Positions 51,541 through 60,585 of a stretch of 60,585 nt of DNA are shown piece after piece (the stretch's first letter is position 1; each line of letters opens with the position of its first letter). This DNA comes from Mizuhopecten yessoensis (lineage: Eukaryota). Below the pieces are notes generated by a model. The model searched no databases and was not told the DNA's origin. It saw nothing but the letters and a program-made list of their open reading frames with translations. Where the stretch lies: positions 495,823-556,407 of the forward strand of contig NW_018406035.1 in assembly GCF_002113885.1 (NCBI RefSeq). The letters are read 5' to 3'. A program made the position numbers and the translations under genes.

Positions 51541-52752
51541 GTATCTATTATTGTATATGTTTCTACTTTTATTGTTATGTATCTACCGATTCATATATCT
51601 CTACTTTTATCGGTATATATCTATTGATTTATATATCTCTACTTGTATTGGTATATATCTATTGATTTATATATCTCAACTTTTATTGGTATATATCTAT
51701 TGACTTATATATCTCTACTTTTATTGGTATGTACCTACCGATTTATATATCTCTACTTTTATTGGTATTTATCTATTGATTTATATATCTCTACTTGTAT
51801 TGGTATGTACCTACCGATTTATATATCTCTGCTTTTATTGGTATGTATCTAACGATTTATATATCTCTACTTTTATTGGTATGTACCTTCCGATTTATAT
51901 ATCTCTACTTTTATTGGTATATATCTATTGATTTATATATCTCAACTTTTATTGGTATATATCTATTGACTTATATATCTCTACTTTTATTGGTATGTAT
52001 CTAAAGATTTATATTTCTCTACTTTTATTGGTATGTACCTACCGATTTATATATCTCTGCTTTTATTGGTATGTATCTAACGATTTATATATCTCTGCTT
52101 TTATTGGTATGTACCTTCCGATTTATATATCTCTACTTTTATTGGTATGTACCTTCCGATTTATATATCTCTACTTTTATTGGCATATATCTATTGATTT
52201 ATATATCTCAACTTTTATTGGTATATATCTATTGATTTATATATCTCTACTTTTATTGGTATATATCTATTGACTTATATATCTCTACTTTTATTGGTAT
52301 ATATCTATTGACTTATATATCTCTACTTTTATTGGTATATATCTATTGATTTATATATCTCTACTTTTATTGGTATATATCTATTGATTTATATATCTCT
52401 ACTTTTATTGGTATATATCTATTGACTTATATATCTCTACTTTTATTGGTATATATCTATTGACTTATATATCTCTACTTTTATTGGTATATATCTATTG
52501 ACTTATATATCTCTACTTTTATTGGTATATATCTATTGACTTATATATCTCTACTTTTATTGGTATATATCTATGACTTATATATCTCTACTTTTATTGG
52601 TATATATCTATTGACTTATATATCTCTACTTTTATTGGTATATATCTATTTATTTCTATATCTCTATTTTTATTGGTATATATCTATTGACTTATATATC
52701 TCTACTTTTATTGGTATATATCTATTGATTTATATACCTCTACTTTTATTTG
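51535..52752. repeat. 38 bp AT-rich satellite, main block (~32 copies)
   Basis: Same unit, more homogeneous. Confidence 0.95.
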
Positions 52753-55700
52753 TATGATCATCCCAACATCTGTTTACGTATACATATCGCTCTTTGCATT
52801 GGAATGCATACATTGTTGTTTGTGTTGGTATGATAACGTCATTGTTTCTTATAAAAGATTTTATGAATTTAGCAAATCAAAAATGTTTATAAAATTTTAA
52901 CGCTATCAGCTTTATCATGATTGGTTAAAATGTATTTAATTCGGTATCAAATTATTTGTGTAGGTGTCTGCTATTAGAACGTTATTGTTAACATCCGTTT
53001 TTCTCGATTTTGGGGTATTCTGGGATGTTTGCCATGTTTGTAAGTGATGCGCCGAGAACACTACATTGAACATGTTTAAGTTGGTGTAACATGTAGCAAG
53101 GATGCTTTTTCATTCCTGAAGTTATGCCTATTCGAATTCCTGCTAGTTAGAGTGATGATTGCGGCAACGCCGTAAACTGATTCCTCGAACGCCTCCACCA
53201 CGAGTGAAACCTTTTAAGGACTCCTCCCAAAACCAAATATAATCCTCTGACGTCGCATATATCGGCGGGGCGCTTCGGCCCGGTAAAGGCCGATTTGTAT
53301 GTGGACCCCGCTTCAATGCAGACCTCTATAATGCATTCTCTTATGCACGCAGTGTAATTGTAATCTGTTTCTGATTATATGTCCACATACAAGGCCTCCA
53401 TCCAACAATGTGTCTCCCTCTAGTCGCGCAAGGGGCGGCATCCGTATACGCCAGTCTGTTCGAAGAGGAAATTCTTTTGGTCTGCTGTTTCGTAGACGGT
53501 CGCACATCGGCGCTATTGCATTTAAATGATGATGCAGTTGACAGATTGCTGTTTTCAGGCTACAATAAGTCTTACAGCTTCACATTGCATTACTTCTACC
53601 TGAGCGGATCAATAGCCCATTTTCTCTCTAACCTATAGAGTCGCGGCATTGCTTTAACGGATAACGTTATAAATGTTTTAGTGAAATATCATTACTGAAT
53701 TTTTGAATTTCATTGTAGATTTGATGGCAGTATTAATGACGACTCTGGACTTCGCCTGTTGCTATACACCTAAGACTGATTCTGACAAAACGTACCCATT
53801 ACACAAAGGTATGCTGAATCTTTGTTGTAGATATCAATAATACAATGTAAGAAACATCGAGACCATATAATAGTTCTCCCAATAGAACTAGCATTTACTC
53901 AGCCAATCAGAGATAGCAGCGGCCATGTCTTATGTCCGGCTGAAAAAGAACAACACCTTAAAGAGCATCAATCATTTCCATTATTTTTCGACAAAATTGT
54001 AGTGGCCTGATATCAAAATAGACCAATGTTTTACTTAAGTGTATGGCGCTGTGAATGGTGTAGGCTGTTAGAGATTTTAATTCAAAACTGCGGGGAATAA
54101 ACCATTTACATTGTTAATAGGAGTTTAATAAACCGTGTACTCATTTCCTAGAACTTCTCCCGCTGGTTATTATATAAAGGCTAACTAAGATAATAAATCG
54201 CAGTCTTAATTAAGTAAGTAGGTACAATAGGTAGATAGGTCGGTAGGCAGGTATAAATGTAAATGAAATTAAATACTTCACTTCACTGAAAAAATAACTG
54301 AGATTAACCCCATATACACATGTGCATTGGTTCCCCTTGATGTAAGGAAGCACGTTGTGTTGTTTCTCCGATATTAATCATGTCTCGCGAGAGCAAATCG
54401 AGGAGAAACAAATTATAGTGTTTCCACATGGGCCATAAATATTTAGGTGTGACGGTATAAATGGCTAGTAACGATGATCCGGCCACTGCGCCATTACTGC
54501 CGTCTACTTCATGACTCGGAACTCTGTTGTCGTGTCTCTTGTTCATTTTTCTAGTTTGACTCCATATAAGGGAAATATTGAACGCGTGAAGGCAACTCGA
54601 TATGCCTCACACACCAATTCCCCTATGCGTAACATTCATAAAAAATCAACAGCAACCCGAGGGAAATTAATCAAAAACCACAATCAAAGTAATACAGAAT
54701 ATATCAGCAGGGCATTTTCGTTCGTTGTGTATCTAACAAATTTATAGTTTATGAAATGAGGAAATCAGTCAACGTAGATACATTGTGAAATAACACGACA
54801 TCTATGTTATCAGTATATATATATGTCTATCAGTACACCGCAAATAGGAGTATATGAATTGTTAATGTTAAACGGGTGTAAAGGTAATAAGTGATGCCCT
54901 ATAACGTTACGATTCACCAGTGAAATAGGAAGTTGTATATAGTAGATGTACTGTATAAAACATAGAAAATCACGCGTACTGGTCATAATTAAGGTGCTGG
55001 TATTAGGTTGATCATCATTTAGCTAAATGAAATCAATTTACACATTTTCAATATTATAAATATTGATGGGATATTTTAGGATGAGGGGATTAGTACAAAA
55101 AAAGGAAACTTTCGTACCTATGAAGTGACATTTACATTGATTTTTCTATTGTTACTCATATACTGTATGTTCATGTAAGATTTCGAATGATCGACCGAAA
55201 TCGGCCAATATATAATATAAATGTACAATATTATCACCTACTTTCTCCACGTAAACAGTTTTGATAAGCGATTTGTTTTTTAGTACTTGAACAAACCTAA
55301 AAAGAAATATTTTAATATTTTTAAAATAAGTATTGATTTTTTTCTGTTGCAAGCATGTTACTACGGTTGCGTTGGTAGTACTCACAAAACAGCTAAATGT
55401 ATTTATATTGTTGAAAACAACGGGCATTATTCTTGATACGCAAGAAGAAATACTAGCATTTTCTAATCAGTAAGATATTAATCATCGGCAATTACTTCTC
55501 CCCAGAAAAACAATTTCTTCTGACTGAAGAGTTAGCGAAGTCCTTTCTGAAGCCATTTCGTCGTGTCCGGAGAGGGAATGACCCGGTGGGCGAATGCAGA
55601 GAGAGGGACGGATGTAGATGGGAGGAACTCAAAGAGTACTATGGAAACTACCCCAATATAATTGTGAGTAACTTCGTTATATGTGACAGGCATTATCTTA

Positions 55701-56576
55701 TATTCTGTATATCATGGCCCTGTTTGTATTTTGATATTATGAAAGTTACGCCATCACATGTGCACAGCAAAATACTCTGAAAAAATAATATTTTCATTAG
55801 CAACCATTCTAAATATTCACAAACTGGAATTTCTCCAAGTCTTCATTATCGTGATGTATTTTAAATTTTCCTAGCGATGGAACGTGTTGTAACGTTCCGC
55901 CCCCTGCTGATAAGATGAATTTGTATCTTTTTCTGTATCATCGTTTTATTGAAATATCGTCATACTAAACTACACTGTTGAAGGCTTGTGTGCTGTTTGG
56001 TTCCTACTTGTTTTACTAGTGGTGTATTCAAAGAATGCAATGCTTGTCATTTAGTTGTAATACAGGACATATACTTATTTCTGTCTCGAATATGCAGCCC
56101 TGGTGGGGATGGGGCATCAATTGGTAACACAATCACAAAATTGACTAGAACTTGTATTTGTATTTTAGAAAGAATTCATGCACGAATTCAAATGCGGATC
56201 GTACTGCCAACATGATAGTTTTACCTATTGTGAAATCACCAGCACAAGCTATAGAAAAATAGATGATGTCAAGTATCAGTGTTCTCGTAAGTACCCTTGT
56301 AAGATTAACCTTTGGATTAGTAGTAAGTTTTCGTTTTCAAAGTTTGCTTTTATTCAATTATAGGAGAGAAAAAAGGTTGTATTCCAGTAGTAAACCCTTT
56401 TTGATTGGATAAGAGGAAAACCCATGTTATTTTTATTGTATGAATCAACCGAGGGGGGCAGTATTGACAGGGGATTCAACAACAGATTGTGTGCTCTTAA
56501 ACTTAATCTGCTAGAATTTTGTTATATCATTATAAGATTTTCGAGTTTATGCATTTTTAGTTTATATATACATGTA

Positions 56577-58060
56577 CTAGCGGAAAAAAGAAACTGTGCA
56601 TGCGGAGTATTGTTATAGAACATGTATTACCAACTGTATATTCATGAAAATTCACACACATGACCGAGTATGACACATACACACTATCCGTATGTCATTG
56701 AAAGTTTTTCCCGTGCAGTTTGCTTTCTATAGGCGTTGACCAGTTTGCACGTTTTTCTCGTCCAGCCATCCAATTCGACAATGACAGTTATTTTTCAACT
56801 GTTGGGTCACTCTGTTGAGACCAGTGAGCAGTAAAACCAGCATTATAACGTTTTAATTTGTGATTAATGCTATGTCGAGGGTCAATGGAAATGGCCGCCT
56901 CCGGGTTATTGGTATGCTTCAAGCTGGTATGGGCCAAGCCGTTGTCTCCACACGTTTTCATGTCCATCGAAACACAATCCGGGATTTGTGGAGACGACAT
57001 CAACAGTTTGGCCACGTCGGCGATCGACCTCGTGCGGGACGTCACGTCAACAGGACAACCATATTCGGCTTGTCCATTTGAGAAATCGCTTCCAAACGGC
57101 AAGTTTGACTGCACGGACAATCCCTGGGTTGCTACCAATAAGAACTGTACAGAACCGATTGCGTGAACGAGCTATCCGTTCACGACGTCCTGCAATCCGC
57201 CCAGTTCTTCTGCGACGTCATCGTGTAGCATGTCTGGACTGGTGCAGAAGGCATCTGCGATTTACTCGACGGGATTGGGCAGGCATTTTGTTAACGGACG
57301 AGTCGCGAGTCCACCTGGATAGTAATGACGGCCGTTCCAGAGTGTATCGTCGTGTTGGAGAACGTTTCCGTGACGCGTGTATGGTACAACGACGTTCTTT
57401 CGGTGGATGCAACGTTATGATTTGGGGCGGCATCACAGCCAACGGGAGAACGCCTCTGGTGGTTGTTAACGGGAATTTGAACGCCCTACGTTACCGTGAC
57501 GAGATCCTCCGGACCCACGTCGTTCCATTCGTGCAAGGGCAGCAACGTCACATTACGCTACAGCAGGACAACGCAAAGCCACACATAGCTCGTGTCGCTA
57601 TCGACTTTCTGGCCCAGCAGAACATTGACGTGTTGCCTTGGCCTGCTGTATCCCCCGATCTGTCGCCCATTGGACACGTCTGGGATGAAATGAAGCGCAG
57701 ATTACGGCCATTACCTAATCAACCGGTGACGTTGGCTGATTTGGCTGCAGCGTTCGTACAGATCTGGAATGTCATCCCACAAGCATTCTTAAACCGTCTG
57801 ATAGGCTCCATGTGTCGATGTTGCCAGGCTTGCATTCAGGCAAACAGTGGACATACGAGGTATTAACTTTGTGAACTCAGTATTGACCCTGCTTTGTTTA
57901 TATCACTCCTGAGCAGAACTTATTGATTCCATAACGTGGAAAATGGAATGCAACTGTTCATCAATAACAAATAAATTGTCCATGAAAACCTTGTTGTTCT
58001 ACGTCATACACATTTATTTTTATAACACATTTTAGGCATGCACAGTATTTTCCCGTATTA
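56577..58060 (+). mobile_element. Tc1-family DNA transposon, near full length, inactivated
   Basis: Imperfect TIRs ctagcggaaaaaagaaactgtgcatgc / gcatgcacagtattttcccgta, TA flanks, internal transposase. Confidence 0.9.
56872..57866 (+). pseudogene. Tc1 transposase (HTH + DDE) with frameshift near 57040 and catalytic E->G
   Basis: MSRV..IGMLQAG..RFHVHRNTI..DRPRAGR; then TDESR, VMIWGGI, QQDNAKPH, WPAVSPDLSPIGHVWDE, GHTRY*; exactly 34 residues between the second D and the G. Confidence 0.93.
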
Positions 58061-58086
58061 TATGTAACATTCAGCAGTCTTTTTGT

Positions 58087-60585
58087 GGGTACTGTCTCGG
58101 AAACTCATAAAGTAGAGGACTACCCTATGGGTACTGTCTCGGAATCTAATAAAGTAGAGGACTACCTTATGGGTACTGTCTCGGACACTAACTAAGTAGA
58201 GGACTACCTTATGGGTACTGTCTCAGATACTAATAAAGTAGAGGACTACCTTATGGGTACTGTCTCGGACACTAACTAAGTAGAGGACTACATTATGGGT
58301 ACTGTCTCGGACACTAATAAAGTAGAGGATTACCTTATGGGTACTGTCTCGGACACTAATAAAGTAGGGGACTACCTTATGGGAACTGTCGTGGACACTA
58401 ATAAAGTAGAGGACTACCTTATGGGTACTGTCTCGGACACTAATAAAGTAGAGGACTAGCATATGGGTACTGTCTCGGACCCTTATAAAGTAGGGGACTA
58501 CCTTATGGGTAATGTCTCGGACACTAATAAAGTAGAGTACTACCTTATGGATACTGTCTCGGACACTAATAAAGTAGAGGACTAGCATATGGGTACTGTC
58601 TCGGACACTTATAAAGTAGGGGACTACCTTATGGGTACTGTCTCGGACACTAATAAAGTAGAGGACTACCATATGGATACTGGCTCGGACACTAATAAAG
58701 TAGAGGACTACCTTATGGGGACTGTCTCGGACACTAATAAAGTAGGGGACTACCTTATGGATACTGTCTCGGACACTAATAAAGTAGAGAAATACCTTAT
58801 GGGTACTGTCTCGGACACTAATAAAGTAGAGGACTACCTTATGGGTACTGTCTCGGACACTAATAAAGTAGTGGATACTGTCTCGGACACTAATAAAGTA
58901 GAGGAATACCTTATGGGTACTGTCTCGGACACTAATCTGTCTCGGACACTAATAAAGTAGGGGACTAGCATATGGGTACTGTCTCGGACACTTATAAAGT
59001 AGGGGACTACCGTATGGGTACTGTCTCGGACACTAATAAAGTAGAAGACTACCTTATGGGTACTGTCTCGGACACTAATAAAGTAGTGGATACTGTCTCG
59101 GACACTAATAAAGTAGAGAAATACCTTATGGGTACTGTCTCGGACACTAATAAAGTAGTGGATACTGTCTCGGACACTAATAAAGTAGAGGACTACCTTA
59201 TGGGAGCTGTCTCGGACACTAATAAAGTAGAGGACTACCTAATGGGTACTGTCTCGGACAATAATAAAGTAGGGGACTACCATATGGATACTATCTCGGA
59301 CACTAATAAAGTAGGGGACTACCATATGGATACTGTCTCGGACACTGATAAAGTAGGGGACTACCTTATGAGTACTGTCTCGGACACTAATAAAGTAGAG
59401 GACTACCTTATGGGAACTGTCTCGGACACTAATAAAGTAGAAGACTACCTAATGGGTACTGTCTCGGAGACTAATAAAGAAGAGGACTACGTTATGTGTA
59501 CCGTCTAAGACACTAATAAAGTAGAGGACTACCTTATGGGAACTGTCTCGGACACTAAAAAAGTTGAAGACTACCTAATGGGTTCTCTGTCTCGGACACT
59601 GATAAAGTAGAGGACTACCTAATGGGTACCGTCTCGGACCCTAATAAAGTAGAAAACTACTTTATGGGTACTGTCTCGGACACTGATAAAGTAGAGGACT
59701 ACCTAATTGGTACCGTCTCGGACACTGAAAAAGTAGAGGACCACCTAATGGGTACTGTCTCGGACACTAATAAAGTAGGGGACTACCATATGGATACTGT
59801 CTCGGACACTAATAACGTAGAGGACTACATTATGGGTACTGTCTCGAACACTGATAAAGTAGAGGACTACCTAATTGGTACCGTCTCGGACACTAATAAA
59901 GTAGAGGACTAACCTATGGGTTCTTTGTCTCGGACACTAAAAAAGTAGAAGACTACCTAATGGGTTCTTTGTCTCGGACACTGATAAAGAAGAGGACTAC
60001 CTAATGGGTACTGTCTCGGACACTAATAAAGTAGGGGACTACCTTATGGGTACTGTCTCGGACACTGATAAAGTAGAGGACTACCTAATTGGTTCCGTCT
60101 CGGACACTGATAAAGTAGACGACTACCTAATGGGTACCGTCTCGGAGACTAATAAAGAAGAGGACTACCTTATGGGTACTGTCTCGGACACTAATAAAGT
60201 AGGGGACTACCATATGGATACTGTCTCCGACACTAATAAAGTAGAGGACTATCTTATGGGTACTGTCTCGAACACTGATAAAGTAGAGGACTACCTAATT
60301 GGTACCGTCTCGGACACTGATAAAGTAGAGAACTACCTTATGGGTACTGTCTCGGACAATAATAAAGTAGGGGACTACCATATGGATACTGTCTCGGACA
60401 CTGATAAAGTAGAGGACTGCCTTATGGGAACTGTCTCGGACACTAATAAAGTAGATGACTAACTTATGGGTACTGTCTCGGACACTAATAATTTAAAGGA
60501 CTACCTTATGTGTAATGTCCCGGACACTAATAAAGTAGAAGACTACCTTATGGGTACTGTCTCGGACACTAATAAAGTAGGGGAC
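58087..60585. repeat. 42 bp minisatellite, ~60 copies, runs off window end
   Basis: Unit gggtactgtctcggacactaataaagtagaggactaccttat with occasional 30 bp deletion variants. Confidence 0.96.

Noticed and set aside
58087-60585. CRISPR-like regular array or repetitive ORFs (MGTVSDTNKVEDYL)
   Set aside because: Head-to-tail repeats without unique spacers, no cas genes, eukaryotic context; frames contain stops and shifts.

Overview
AT-rich, intron-containing animal genomic DNA, most likely a bivalve mollusc (inferred from the SINE and DNA-transposon types; not proven). The left 24 kb holds two tandem minus-strand SLC13-family (DASS, Na+/carboxylate-sulfate cotransporter) paralogues that I rebuilt by hand. 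One is a complete 14-exon gene (23681->14902, 1782 nt CDS, 593 aa, needing one GC-AG intron). The other has its first four exons in the window (9266->1424) and runs off the left edge. The rest is mobile DNA and satellites: three full-length composite SINEs with target-site duplications, a 1.25 kb non-autonomous TIR element, a decayed CR1/L2-group LINE with a 2A-like DIEINPGP motif and a satellite-bearing insertion, Crypton-like hairpin elements, a 185 bp palindrome, an inactivated Tc1 (DD34E->G) and many tandem arrays (17, 18, 20, 25, 34, 38, 39, 42, 47, 71 bp). Most long ORFs in the track are translated satellites, not genes. The most striking observation is a ~60-copy 47 bp array that is an amplification of the intron3/exon4 splice junction of the second SLC13 gene, so intact copies carry both an acceptor and an AG|GT site. 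A CTCTACTT(T) core is also shared by four satellites of different period.
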